Shown in pieces: positions 24,534 to 38,154 of a stretch of 64,000 nucleotides of DNA. Both the position numbers and the translations under genes were made by a program. The notes under the pieces were generated by a model. It ran no database searches, was not told the DNA's origin, and saw only the letters and a list, made by a program, of their open reading frames with translations. The stretch lies in assembly GCA_964016885.1 (NCBI GenBank), contig OZ024740.1, forward strand, positions 148,180,001 through 148,244,000, given 5' to 3'. This stretch comes from Eledone cirrhosa (lineage: Eukaryota). Every line of letters starts with the position of its first letter. Within the stretch, counting starts at the first letter, position 1.

Positions 24534-25454
24534 AGGGTTAGGGTGAGAGGTTAGGTGTTAGGTGTTATGTTTAGGGTTAGAATTTGGGTTAAGGTTTTGG
24601 GCTACTGTTAGGTTTAGGGTTAGTATTAGCGTTAAGACTATGGTTAAGGTTAGTTTGGTGTAAGCGTTAGGATTAGAGGTTTGGGTCAAGGTTAGGATTT
24701 AGTGTTTAGGTGTAGGGTTAGGTTCAGGGTTAGGGTTTAGGGTTTAGGTATAGGGTTAGCATTAAGATTAGGTTTGGAGTTAGGTTTAGTTTTATGGTTT
24801 GACTTACGATTTGGGGTTAGAATTAGGATTAGTATTATGGTTATGTTAATGTAAGGATTAGGGTTAGAGGTTAGGCTTAGGCTTAGAGGTTAAGGTTAGA
24901 GTTTAGGGTTAGGCTTAGCGTTAGGATCAGTGTTAAAGTTATTGTTAGGGTTAACGTTAGATATAGAGGGTTAAGATTAGTGTTACTGAGAAGTTTATGG
25001 TCAGGTTTAGGTTTAGGGTTTGGATGAGAGGGTTAGATTTATGGTTAGGGTTAGCGGCTTAGGTTTAGGGTTAGTGGTAGCCTTACAGGGTTAGGGATAG
25101 AATGACAGGGTTAGGGTTTGAGTTAGGGTTAGATTCAGTGTTAAATTTAAATTTACGGGTTAAGTATTATGGTTAAGGTTAGTGTTAGCGTGTTAGTTTT
25201 AGAGGTTAGGCTTAGTGTAAGGGTTAGAGGTTAGGATTAGAGTTTATGATTTAGGGTTACGGTTCGGTTTTGGTAAGGGTTAGGGGCTGGAGTGTTGTTT
25301 AAGTGTTAGTATTAATGTTAAGTTTAGTTTTAGAATTAGGTTTAGGGTGAGTGTTAGGCTTAGTGTTAGGGATAGGGTTGGTTTAGCATTAGTTTTATGG
25401 GTATGGTTAGGGTTAGAGTTATAATGTTTGGGTGAGGGTTTGATTTAGGTTTAG
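24534..25454 (+). repeat. Degenerate (TTAGGG)n telomere-like tract
   Basis: Continuous G/T-rich tract of TTAGGG, TTTAGGG, TTAGAGG and TTAGG variants. Confidence 0.85.
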
Positions 25455-25805
25455 TCGACAGCGTGAGCTACTGTTACGACTTGATTCCAGCTGGAAACTA
25501 ATTGAAACAGCAAGGCCTGTCGTTAGGATCATTCTTCTTCAATATACTCGCTCTACATCTTATCATGTATTAATAACTTCCCTGATTTAAGGTATATCTA
25601 GTCTTAGCACCGCAGACACTCCATCTACATATATCTTTATAATAAAACGCAAGTATCAAATGACAACCAGTTTGTTCTAGATTTGTTTAAGAAATGGTAA
25701 TTTCATATTGTCCTCTGTCGGTTTCACCCCCCCTCCCTCTTTCTCTCTCTATATATATCGACATACTACCTAAGACGGAAATAAGCTAAAAGCTTTGCAT
25801 TTATG

Positions 25806-26066
25806 TTTATGAACACTGGCCGATGAAGCTCATATGCATACAGTGAAAAAGTTGGGGGGTTCTAATTAATGAGAGGTAGTAATGCTATGACATAGCATGA
25901 ATGATACATGACTGGGGTTGTAAAGTTTTATTGCCTTGCTATGAATGTTCGTATATTATTCAATATACTATCCCAGTCACGTATCAATCATACTATGTCA
26001 GAGCATTACTACCTCTCATTAATTTGCTCTGTATGCAAATGAGCTTCATCAGCCGATGTTCATAAA
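25806..26066. repeat. Imperfect ~100-bp-arm inverted repeat with degenerate HHR cores
   Basis: Arms 25806-25916 and 25972-26066; the minus strand of the right arm reads CTGATGA-A-GCTC-ATTTGCATACA-GAGC-AAA. Confidence 0.8.
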
Positions 26067-26168
26067 TACTATATATTACTATATATATATTACTCTAATG
26101 CATGTTCCAGACCACAGGCTGCGGCCATGCTGGGGAACCACCGTGTATATAAGTTATATATGTATGTA

Positions 26169-26218
<50 letters not shown>

Positions 26219-26480
26219 GTATGGTTGCAAGAAAAATGCGTCTGTAGGCGGTATACCGGTTGAGCATATATATATATAATCATATATTGTTATATTTGGG
26301 GAGGGTCATATTGTTATAACATTCCCAGAAATAATAATAATAAAACACACTCACTGTTTGGTTTGGATTGGTTTTCGCTTCTGTATATTTTATATCTCCA
26401 TAGTTAATTCTGCTGGCAATCGATGTTTATCATTGATTGACCAACGGTTGAAAATATAGATATAATATACATATATAGTC

Positions 26481-26524
26481 TATCAAACTTCTTTCGTGAC
26501 ACACCTGTGACATCATCAGTGGTA
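26481..26524 (-). ncRNA. Degenerate hammerhead, family C-like
   Basis: TACCA-CTGATGA-T-GTCACA-GGTG-TGTCAC-GAAA-GAAG-TT-TGATA; resembles 13753-13795. Confidence 0.55.
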
Positions 26525-27106
26525 CTATTATATTTCCTCTCGTTGTATTGTAATGTCTACTCCATTTTTTTTTTAAAGAAAAAATATAATTATATATGCG
26601 TATGTAATTAACTTATAAAACATTGATCTTACGAAACTTCTAATCAACCCATGGAAGTTCCACGGGTCAGATAGATTATATGATAGCATTATACGCTATA
26701 GAATTAAATCATGACCATTTTCCCCCTAAATTCATGTTAACGACGCTTGAATTCAAAGGTGAAGTCAAACTCAACTGAAAATAAAGGCACACATCTACTC
26801 ACAGCAAGGCAATTTCCCGGTGACTTTGCCACCTCTACAAATCCTTTGTCAATTCACAAAAACAAAACAAAACAATAATAATAATTCAACATTGTTTCTA
26901 TGCAATGTTTAGGCGTGTAAATCTTTTTATTTTTCTAAAATGTCATTCTAAGTTATTCCCCTTAAATTAAATTATAATTTACTTGTTTAGTATTTACAGC
27001 TAAAATTGATATTTTGCTCATTGGTAAATTGGATGTATATAAAATATGTGTATGTATGTATGTATGTATGTATGTATGTATGTATGTATGTATGTATGTA
27101 TGTGTG

Positions 27107-27441
27107 TGGGGACATAGAAATAATCGGGCTGGATACCCAATCACGCGGTTAAAACACTGGGAGTGAAGGACCCTAGCCTTTGTCAGGGTATTCTTCTAGG
27201 AGAAGGCAACTCAGGAAACTGGGATAACTCCGACATAAAACCTGCGGCTCAGTAGTTACCGATCATGTTGATCTTTTCTTCTTTTCGGGTTGCTCAGAGA
27301 ATGGGATTGGCTCAGTGCACAGTCTTTCCTCACTTTAAAAAGAATCTTCATGCACAGGCATTGCACAATAGCATTAATTGATAATTATTAATTATCGTAT
27401 ATCTTGCAATGCCCATACTCGATAACGAGGGGGCAGCCCTC
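27107..27441 (+). mobile_element. Related short RTE-derived element
   Basis: Shares TAGCCTTTGTCA, CTAGGAGAAGG and CACAGGCATTG with 4960-5565 and has the 3' hairpin CTCGATAACGAG followed by (TATG). Confidence 0.6.
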
Positions 27442-27456
27442 ATGTATGTCTGTATG

Positions 27457-28070
27457 TTATCTCTTTCTCTTAATTTCGAGTATATTTTTTTGACCGGCCA
27501 CCTTCCTGGTGGCAAGGTTCTAAAAGAAAAGAAATTGTCATCCCTTGAATCGCAAGAATGTTTTGCAAATGTTGAAGGTGCCAGCTGTCGCAGCCATTTG
27601 TAGACTATGAATTAGGGAGCTGCGCTTTTTTGTCCGCAAATCCAAGTTCAGTCATACTTTGGTCCAAGCGGGTTGGTATATAACCCGTAGCTCCAATAAT
27701 GATGGGTATGAAGCTAAAGGTGTATCTTGGATACTGGATTTGTGAACTCCTCATCAATGGTCTGTAGATGTCCTCCTTCTGTATTTTTCTGACAACATTT
27801 ACATCAAGTGGGCAGCTGATCTCCACAAGAGAACACGTTTTCAATGTGTGGTCCCAAACAACAATATCAGGCCTGTTGTGCTTTAATTTGGTGGCAGTTT
27901 TTATTTTCAGGTTCCACCAGTATTATTACTTAGTGCCATCTGTCTCAATATATTCTTCCTCGTTTGTTGTTAATTTTGTTTTCCGAAGTGCGTTCCAGAT
28001 GGTTCTAGCTATCCCATTTTGTCTCATGGGAAGTAGTAGCGAGATGACATTCTTTCGTAGCTGGCAACAA
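27457..28070 (-). mobile_element. R4/Dong-like family A 3' fragment
   Basis: Near-identical to 3104-3717. Confidence 0.9.
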
Positions 28071-29916
28071 CCTGTCTCATGGTCGGGTCGTTGGCGACTA
28101 AACTGGCAACCCCACCAAGGTTTCTTGGTGAGGAGGGTGACTTTGGACATCCTGCAGGACTAAAAACAAAACCTGTCAAAGGGCAAAGGAGCTCTTAAGA
28201 GTCAATGGCCATCCAAAATAACCGGAGAGATGACCCCTTAGCCTTTGTCAAGGCAGAATTCTAGGAGAAGGAAAACTCTGATATAACACCTGCAACCCTG
28301 ATGGTATCCAATGATGTTGACTTGTTCTTCTTTTTGGTAAATATCATCTTGGTTAAGAGAGTGGGACTGGCTTTGTGCAGTGCCTTTGCTCACTATAAAA
28401 GCTTCACGGTACAGGCATTGCTTTATATCTGGAGATCTCTCTGCACTTGTCGTCACATAGTACCATGGGCCCAGCACTATGTGTCAATAATTGTCACAGG
28501 TGTAGCGTTTGAACCAGAGTTTTCAAGTCGCTGGCTGGACTAAAAAGTCACACTCGTTCAGCGCATCAGTAGGAGTTCTCATACATGGATATAAGGTAGT
28601 GGCCGTACTCGAAAACGAGTTGGCAGCCACCATGTATACATGTATGTATATATGTGTGTATGTATGTTCTTCTGGTTTTATAATTTCACAAGTTTTTGCC
28701 AATAGAGAGAAAGTCGGTTTCTAACATAGACACAAAACTCTCTCATTGGAATTTACACATCAACTAGGTAGATATGTATGCATGCCTGCATGCATGCATG
28801 AGTAGATATGGATATTATTGTATGTGTGGATGTGTAGGTTTTGAGTTGTATGTGTGCATGTGTATATGCTTAGTATCTGTACATGTGGATATGCAGTTAT
28901 TAGATGAAAAATTGTTGGAATGTTTACATATTTTTACTGTTCCATTAATGGATTATACTTGTAGTTTCCTAACTAGTTGTGTTCTTTCTGTTGTTCTTCT
29001 TTTTGGTAAATATCATCTTGGTTAAGAGAGTGGGACTGGCTCTGTGCAGTGCCTTTGCTCACTATAAAAGCTTCACGGCACAGGCATTGCTTTATATCTG
29101 GAGATCTCTCTGCACTTGTCGTCACATGGTACCATAGGCCCAGCACTATGTGTCAATAATTGTCACAAGTGTAGTGTTTGCACCAGAGTTTTCAAGTCGC
29201 TGGCTGGACTAAGAAGTCACACTCGTTCAGCGCATCGGTAGGGGTTCTCCTACATGGATATAAAGTAGTGGCCGTACTCGAAAACGAGTTGGCAGCCACT
29301 ATGTATGTATGTATGTATGTATGTATGTATGTATGTATGTATGTATGTATGTATGTATGTATGTATGTATGTATGTATGTATGTATGTATGTATGTCGGG
29401 TCACTCTTGAGTGCTACTGGTAACATGTAACCCAGTACAACCTGTCGCATGGTCGGGTCGAAGGCGACTAAACCGGCAACCCCACCAAGTTTACTTGGTG
29501 ATAGAATATGTAGCTAGGGAGAGATGACCCCTTAGCCTTTGTCAAAGCAGAGAAGGAAAACTCTGATATAACACCTGCAACCCTGATGGTATCCAATGAT
29601 GTTGACTTGTTCTTCTTTTTGGTAAATATCATCTTGGTTAAGAGAGTGGGACTGGCTTTGTGCAGTGCCTTTGCTCACTATAAAAGCTTCACGGCACAGG
29701 CATTGCTTTATATCTGGAGATCTCTCTGCACTTGTCGTCACATGGTACCATGAGCCCAGCACTATGTGTCAATAATTGTCACAAGTGTAGTGTTTTTACC
29801 AGAGTTTTCAAGTCGCTGGCTGGACTAAAAAGTCACACTCGTTCTGCGCATCGGTAGGGGTTCTCCTACATGGATATAAAGTAGTGGCCGTACTCGAAAA
29901 CGAGTTGGCAGCCGCC
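28067..29916 (+). mobile_element. Three further copies of the RTE-derived element (28067-28631, 28990-29300, 29397-29916) separated by (TATG)n and an R4 fragment
   Basis: Direct alignment by eye to 4960-5565. Confidence 0.85.
28667..28991 (-). mobile_element. R4/Dong-like family B 3' end
   Basis: Matches 19201-19520 and the reverse complement of 60512-60804. Confidence 0.9.
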
Positions 29917-30654
29917 ATGTATGTATGTATGTATGAATGTATGTATGTATGTATGTATGTATGTATGTATGTATGTATGTATGTATGTATGTATGTATGT
30001 ATGTATGTATGTATGCATGTATGTATATGTGCGCACAAGTGCGTGTGAATATTTACAGAGAGAGAGAGAGAGAGTCAGAGAGGGGGGGGGGGATTACTGA
30101 CATAATTTAAGCAGGATCTCCGGGAGAAAGTTGTAAGGCAGAACAAGGTTAATTTTTAATCCTGGGTTGGGAGATGTGGCTCGTCTCATTTACACGGTTA
30201 TCTCCATGGCTCTTGGGTCCTAGATAGGCTGAATGCCCTTTATATAGGTCTTCATTTTAAATTTATTGCTTTATTCCCTCAGGACATCCCTGCTAAAGCC
30301 GAAATCGAAGGTATTTCTCGATGGTCGTCGTTTCATATCATAACTCTATTTCTGTCGATCATTTGAGACGGATGGTAAATCCTAATTTAATAAAAAGGAG
30401 AAAAAGGTAAAACAAAATAAAATACTTCCTTTAATGGTGCTGGAGGAATGTCTAAAGAGAATTGACGTCATGTGACATGAACGTACCCTAAAGGCAACTT
30501 TGGATGATGATGATGATGCCGATCTTGTGTCTAGCGAAGGTATTTTTTTCTTTACTTTTGTAAGCTTGTATGTATATTATGGTATTATTTATACACTTTT
30601 GTTGTGAGTTCCTTTATCAGTCCACCTACTGGCACGATTTTCATTTACTAATTA

Positions 30655-31400
30655 TTTTCATCCCCAGAAAACTGAGGCCATCACCTTCCCTGCAGATGAA
30701 ATGACTTTGACCTTCTTCAGAGCAGGCGAGAAGAGGTGTTTCCGCAGCATGGATTGTTCCTTTGTCTCTGGCTCAAAATGATGAATTCAACACTCATTCT
30801 GGGTTAAGAAACATTCAAGGAAACCAACTGGATCTGCCTCAAACAATATCAGATTTTCCCGTGATATGATCAGCCAGGAGCGCTTTTGATCAAGTATTAA
30901 AAGTCATCCACGGAGCAAAAACCTTCGTCATGCTAAGTTCATTGTGCAGAATATTTTCAACTGTCTCATGAGATATGCTAATATCATTGGCTATTTGATT
31001 TATAGTCAATTGCCTGACATCTCTCACCATGTGGTAATACGGTCAATGTTTACCTCGGTTGTGGCAGTTGCAGGACATCCAGACTTTGGGTCATCTTCAA
31101 GACTCACCCTTCCCTGCCTAAATTCAGCTTCCCACTTTAGCACTGTTGATAAACCTGAAGCAACCATGTCAGCATGAATGTCCTTGGGTGCTAAACCCTT
31201 TTTTTTGCAGGTACTTGATAACACCCCGATGCCTAATTTGTCCATTTTCAGGAGAAGTCGTTACCAGTTACTTTTGAAGTCTTCTTTGAACAGTCAGATG
31301 TTTGTTCACCTGGGGAGAAACAATGCAGTCATTAATGAGAAGGGTTGAAATAATGCATGCAATATTTCACAGATCTAGCATCATTCGTTCATAGTCAGCA
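30655..31400 (-). mobile_element. Degraded mariner transposase
   Basis: ORF 31024-31245 has the HTH region (STVLKWEAEFRQGRVSLEDDPKSGCP); a downstream frame reads EC*IHHFEPETKEQS...AGKVMASVF. Confidence 0.85.
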
Positions 31401-34400
31401 TTTATTTCTATTGGGGTATTATGGAGTGCGATTTAGATTTATAACATTTGTATTTCCTTAACATTGTTCTTATCTAAATAGTTTTCGTTGGCGTGATTAA
31501 GTTTTAGCTTGCACATTGTTGCTTTCTAATATATAAGGAAGTTTGTTTTCTTTATGTTCCTTCATTGTATTAATTAGTTTTCATTTGTTTTCTTTTCAAA
31601 ATTTTTCTAGATTCACCGTCGTTACATTCTAACAACTCTCTAGTCTGATATATTATCGGGGTATTAGAGTTACTTTATTTATGAGTTAGGTATTTCAGAC
31701 GGAAACCAGGGAGGTGTTCCCGTTGCTTTCATTTTTTCATATTGTTGATTTCTGTTAGACCATACTTTTGGTTTGTGGTTAATAAAGAAATCATTATTGC
31801 ATTTTCTTCTAATTTTCTCTCCTCATCTTTGATTGAGCTAAATGCTTCTGTTGTGTATATATTCTTCTACCTGAACTAATTGTACAGATTTCGTTGCTTC
31901 GTGTCTTAGGGCACGTATCACAGATCTAACAACGCAAACTTCCCGTTTCGTGAAGAAATGGTTGAAGACTTTTCTCACTGCTAGTACGTCGATTACAATA
32001 ATTTCGTAATAATCTTTTTTAATTTGGTCATAACTACCCCGAATTTAATTTTTCTATCGCTACTACGTCTTTGCTAAGATCCATTGTATTTACTCTAATC
32101 ATTCTTCTCTCTGTCAATCGCTGCCTAACTAGTTGACAAAACCAGTCTCTGTAGGCGTTGCACGCTGGAAAGACACATTTAGCTTCCAATCATTATACAG
32201 AGGCGATCATCGTTATTTGTTAGGTGTACTAGTAACCGCTTTCGGCTCCGTTTTCAGAGTATAGATAACGTCAAAGTACAGCGTCATTTACTCAGTGGGT
32301 CAGTTTAAATGGCCACTTATCGAACTGTTTCAAATCACGCGCTCGATCTGACAAGAGTATTTCCATTCATCTTGTCTGTATTTACAGGTTATTGAGTCAA
32401 TACTCCCAAAACTGGAGATATCAAGCCGTGTCGCCACGGGAGCATTGTCAATATATGTAGAAGAGGATACCGTAATGGTTTGGTATACCACGAAAGCTGA
32501 GGTGGTCTACCCAATTCCAAAGGAATACGATGTTGTGATAGGGCATATATAAACTTGGGCCGGATTGACGGAACGGTCAAGCTGTTTGGTGTTTGATTTG
32601 GTCTGCACCTCTAAGTCGAGAGGAACTAAAAAAAGGTCATGAGCATGGTGGCCAATCTAACCAAAAAATGAAGGGAGAGGAAGCTCTTCCTAAAGGTTTT
32701 TGTGTGACAATACTGGAGCACCTGCTCTTTCAATTCCTGTGTAAGGGACGCCATTTGAAAGTTATGAGGCCCACCGGCTGCTAATATCTTCTATGTGGAG
32801 GGCACGATACACTGTTTTTAATGAAGCACATATATATGCTGAGGTTGTGGTATCTGCAGAGATTCCTTTATTGTGAACGTGTTTGAACGCCTTTCATCAG
32901 GCATATCTTTCCATAGCTTGTCTCTTTCACCGTGCTACAGTCCTAGGTTACGTGAAAACCAAGACTGTACGTCTGACATTTGCAATATTGGCACACGATT
33001 TTAACCTTCTATTAGTTAGGTAATGCTGCCGATGAAACCTCCACTTTAATATTCTATAGAAGGAAATCCGCAGTTGATAGGTTATTGGTCATTCTAAGTA
33101 ATAATCCAAGAATCATACCCGATTATCAGCATTACTCGATACGCTATGGTCAACATATACAACATATACAACATATACAACTCTCTGTGTCTAAACAGAT
33201 GTAAATAATCATCGTATGTAGCTTATAGTATTTTTGCAGGATTATATTTTTCTCTTTTTCTTTAGATTGCAGCTATATATAGATATACATTCCGTAAGAA
33301 TATTAATGCTTCATGGTAACAAAATCTTCAATCATTACACAGTAATGAATTTATGACTGAATAATTTAAGGGTCTTCGTCAAATGAAATGACTCTCGAAA
33401 ACAACATAAGCAATATTACAGATGATTATTTTAAAATTATAATATGAATTGATACATTTGTCACTATGAAACCGTTTTGGCGCAAATTAATGTAACAAAT
33501 TTTACGGCAGCTTCTATTTTTATTTTATTCTGGCATATATACTTGAAGTCCCCCATACAAGCATAATTACATGTCACATATAATACAACTCCCCCTCGAC
33601 TTTTTTACAGCTTGTAAATAAAAAATGAAACGGGTCTTATTAGGATGCGATATCGTATATCTAATATATCATCACCTAGACTTGTGCAATAATTATATAA
33701 GTATAGTTTTCTGGATTACATATTAGCATTTCTCAATTCAATCATACATGCACTATATAATATTGGATAGGAGAACTTTTCTTCTCAAGAAATCTATAAC
33801 CTATCAAGTATATTGAAGGTAGTACTACCAATAGACATGACGTTTCTCCTTTCGAAATGTACCCGCTTCTAGGAACCATTAATCTATTTTCATAGTTGTA
33901 TTACCAACCATATTTGGTGTGGTTTGATTAATATTAGAAAATAATCAGTTTCTGATAGTACTTACTTCTTACAACATCTTGTACTTAGATTTTAATTAGG
34001 ACAAAATAATTCACTTTAGTAAAAGTAGTTTCGTTAGCTATCAAGTAGAAGATGATATATAGGGGATTTGCTTCAAGTTTTTAGGTCTGAGCATGTATAT
34101 ATCCTATTTTGAAAATACACGAAAAAAAAAAAAAAAATTAAAAGACATGAAGCTTTTAAAAAAATTATGGAAGTGTTTAAGAACTATTTTTAGTGGATGA
34201 TTAATTCCAAATATCAGTAAAATAACAATGCAAGTGTGTAAACTACAGTTTAGAGTGTTCTCTCTGTTATCAGGAACATGATCACAGTTATCTTAGTCAA
34301 CTGTATTCTATTGTAACGATACACTAGCCAGCCAGTTGCTCGTTGATTTGTCCTCTCCAATCAGGTCCAATCAAAGCATGGATATTTAGTTTGTAAAGTT

Positions 34401-34775
34401 TTGAAACGAATGACGAAAATGTTACTGTGTCCGATGATTATGTTGTATATCATTGAAACTCTTTATTCCAGCTTTTATAAATTGTATGCGTGAATATTAC
34501 ATTTAACTTTCAAATACTCACGCTGGGTTTTTTGCCTTGATTGATTGCCATCGCAAATAGTGTATTTATCCAGTTTACTATACAACATCTCTTTACTAAC
34601 AAAATAAATGTAAGGATGTAATGAATACTGTGTTTGCTAATCCATCGTTTGTAAAATCCATATAAGTATTTACGACGCATCAACTTTTAATAATTTGCAA
34701 CCACTTCATCTTTTTTTCTAAATAAGACACACATATTTCAATTTCATTCTACAACGCCTCTGCTATTGCACCATT

Positions 34776-35347
34776 GTGGATTGGCAGTATCGGTAGAGGG
34801 TCGGACGCCATGCTTTCCAGCATAGTTACGTCCCTTTACGATCTGAGTTCAAATCCCGCCGAGGTTGACTTTGCCTTTCATCCTTACGGGGTCGATAAAA
34901 TAAAGTACCAGTAATGCACTGGGTAATTGCTGGCCTTGTGCCTAAAGTAGAAACAATTATTGTAATTAGTGGTTTGGCAGTATCGGTAGAGAGTCGGACA
35001 CCATGCTTTATGATCTGAGTTCAAATCCCGCCGAAGTTAACTTTGCCTTTCATCCTTACGGGGTCGATAAAATAAAGTACCAGTAATGTACTGGGTAATT
35101 TCTGGCCTTGTGCCTAAAATAGAAACAATTATTGTAATTAAAGTAGGGCGGTGGATTGGCAGTATCGGTAGAGGGTCGGACGCCATGCTTTGCAGCATAG
35201 AGTTAGGCCACTTTACGGTCTGAGTTCAAATCCCGCCGAGATTAACTTTGCCTTTCATCCTTACGGGGTCGATAAAATAAAGTACCAGTTACGTACTGGG
35301 GTAATTGCTGGCCTTGTGCCAAAAATAGAAACAATTATTGTAATTAG
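34776..35347 (+). mobile_element. Three tandem OR-type SINEs
   Basis: Same consensus as 6545-7460, plus strand. Confidence 0.9.
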
Positions 35348-36418
35348 TTTTAATCTTTCTTCTCTAGTAACTTTAACAATTTACCTTAGAGATATTAACT
35401 ATACTAATTTTATCCTATCATTCTTATCGGTCAAAGCTTTGGACTTTGCTCCCTTTCCCCAAAACTAAAAAAACAGGTCATTGGCTCAGCTGCAAACCAG
35501 CATATTCAAGGAGAGTGGTTATTTTGTGGTTTCAATGACCAAAAGAACACAGATGTGAATGACTGACAAGTAAGATTATTATGTCCCGGGCGGTCTTCAT
35601 ATCTTGGGCTACATTATACAAAGTACAAAACAAATATGTTTAACAAAGTTTCAAGGTATATTTATTATAAGTAAAGGTAAGAAAAACCAGCAAAAATAGT
35701 TGATAACAACAAACTAACAAACAATACAACAACAACCGCAAGAAGGAGCCATGCTGCAAGGAAAATATGACAATCTTAGCAACATCAATAATTTCAGCTT
35801 CTGTATTCCGTCACCTATTTCAGTCATATTTCTATTGAAAATAAGTCAGAGTTTGGGGATAAGAATTATAGTTGACGTGAAAGAGAAGAACAATTTTCAG
35901 TTGGACACTGAATTCCACTTGAAGGATGTATAGACTGCTTTGGAATTACACAGTTTGGAAACGACTGTTCTGATTATACCACTCCTGTTGAAATATCTCA
36001 TCACCGACTCTGATACAGGCGTGTGAGTCTTTATTATAATGGTTCAATTTATTCGAAAGAGCAGCAGAATCTCATCCAAATCGTGTCTTGAGTTAGAATG
36101 CAATAAATATTGTAGCGTTAGATGCCATAAAAGATGAAGTGGTCTTGTTTGGAACACTAGATTAGATCAACCTCAGGGCTAAACAACCATACCAATAACA
36201 ACGTAACATTATTTATACAAAAAAGAAGGATATACTGGATGTGTTTTTTGTCCGAGCTCCACTAAGAATAGATAATTATATCTGGAATGCTTTTGTTCAT
36301 AGATTTTCATGATCAGGACCAATCGAGGGTTAAAACAAAAATAAAAATGATAACAACAAAAGCATCCAACACCATTACGAGTCAACATCGTAATCATAAA
36401 GTTCATTATCATTATTTT

Positions 36419-36603
36419 TGGATTGGCAGTATCGATAGAGAGTCGGACACCATGCTTTGAAGCATAGAGTTACGTCCCTTTATGATCTGAGTTCAAATCC
36501 CGCCGAGATTAACTTTGCCTTTCATCCTTACGGGGTCGATAAAATAAAGTCCAGTAATGTACTGGGTAATTGCTGGCCTTGTGCCAAAAATAGAAACAAT
36601 TAT
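36419..36603 (+). mobile_element. OR-type SINE
   Basis: Same consensus. Confidence 0.9.
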
Positions 36604-38115
36604 TTTCTTAGCTTGTTCATCTATATTGTTTGGGCGAGAAATAAAAGAAAAAAGGGAAAACATACATAATAATAAAAATGAAGAGAAAAAGAAACCAATA
36701 AAAGAGGAAAAAAGAGTTTGATAACAACGGATTTTTTTAATATATTCTTGAATGAAGTTCTGTGTTTGATAGATATTTCTCAATATACTTACTGGTGCCA
36801 TCACTAATGCAAATGTATATTTTTAGAGATGAATTAAATGACGTATTTCTAAAATAAACAAACAAAAGTATAAAAGTATAATTGAAAAACTAGATATCAG
36901 ATTTTGGGATCAATTTCTTGCCATTTAATTATTAATATTTTCGGCCTGGGAAATTTTATAGTTGTTTCATAAAACAGTTTCTTTACTTAAAATAAAATAA
37001 AATAAAATAAAATAAAATACAACAAAATATTATATCGTTGTTATATCTATTTTCTTCCTTGATTCCAAGCTGTCTGGCGAAGTCAGTGGACATAAAAGAT
37101 CTACTAATTAAAAAGCGTGAGAGCAACATAACATTTCTACGGGGTTAACGATGAATTAAACGAATTAGCAACACTAACAATATTGTCAGTATCAAATATA
37201 TTTAGTTGGTTACAAGATAAGAATTTCTTGACGATTTCAAATGGAAATCGAAATCAGATCATGAATTCTATTTACTGAAAACTTAACTCTAGCTTACAGT
37301 GCTCACCTCTGTTGGTTAAAGATAATATATTAACAGGGAAAAGTAAAATGATATCATGTCATTCTGAAGCACATGGTTAACGTAAGTGTTATAGAATGAC
37401 TTCAACTTGTACTAAGGGAGCTTCTAGGCGACCACTTACCTTCTTAGATCAGCCAAATCTTTGTTTTTCAAATCATACTCTCTCGTCTGAAATATAATTA
37501 TTTATTGTATTCTTAGTAAGAGAAGACGATATGGTCACGCTGGAATATGTCAGATCATGGTTCTGCTCGATCAAGGTTAAAATGAGTCTAAACAACAAGT
37601 CACAGATACAGACTTCTCCATTTAATGACGCTTGTCTTTCTATGATTTCTAATATATACAAAAGTACACCGTTTGATGCGATGTTGAAGGTGCAGCCGAT
37701 TCAATCGGTATCCAGTACATGTGTATTTAATTTTATCGAACACAGATGGATGAAGGCAAGTTTGAACACTGGCGAGGTATAAACACATAACCTAAAAGGG
37801 TGCCAGTAAGCATCATAAGGTATTTTGTCTGTTGTTTGACCAATTTTGCTAATCCACAGCCCTTTGCTCTTTATACGTACGTTCGACGTGCTAGGAGATA
37901 TCCCCAAGGCTGCATATGCTTCATATATATGATGTTTCTGTAATTCATGTAATCGCCTATTTTTTTTTCTTTTTTCCTTTGCTAATTATTCGTTTTGATT
38001 AGCAAGTAGTCATTGATGATTGAAGATTTTGCTAGGCAGTGGCCATGCTAGCATAGAGAAAAACGATAAAGAATTTAAACGTCCTTTTTGTTTCATTCGC
38101 CTCCTCCTCCTCTTC

Positions 38116-38154
<39 letters not shown>

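Noticed and set aside
31400-32150. Possible decayed Penelope RT N-terminal region
   Set aside because: Only vague peptide resemblance across many stops; not supportable by eye.
32850-33080. Two possible hammerhead relics
   Set aside because: Stems I and II cannot be formed convincingly.
34776-35347. tRNA genes suggested by A and B boxes
   Set aside because: These are SINE heads with a non-tRNA body and no cloverleaf.
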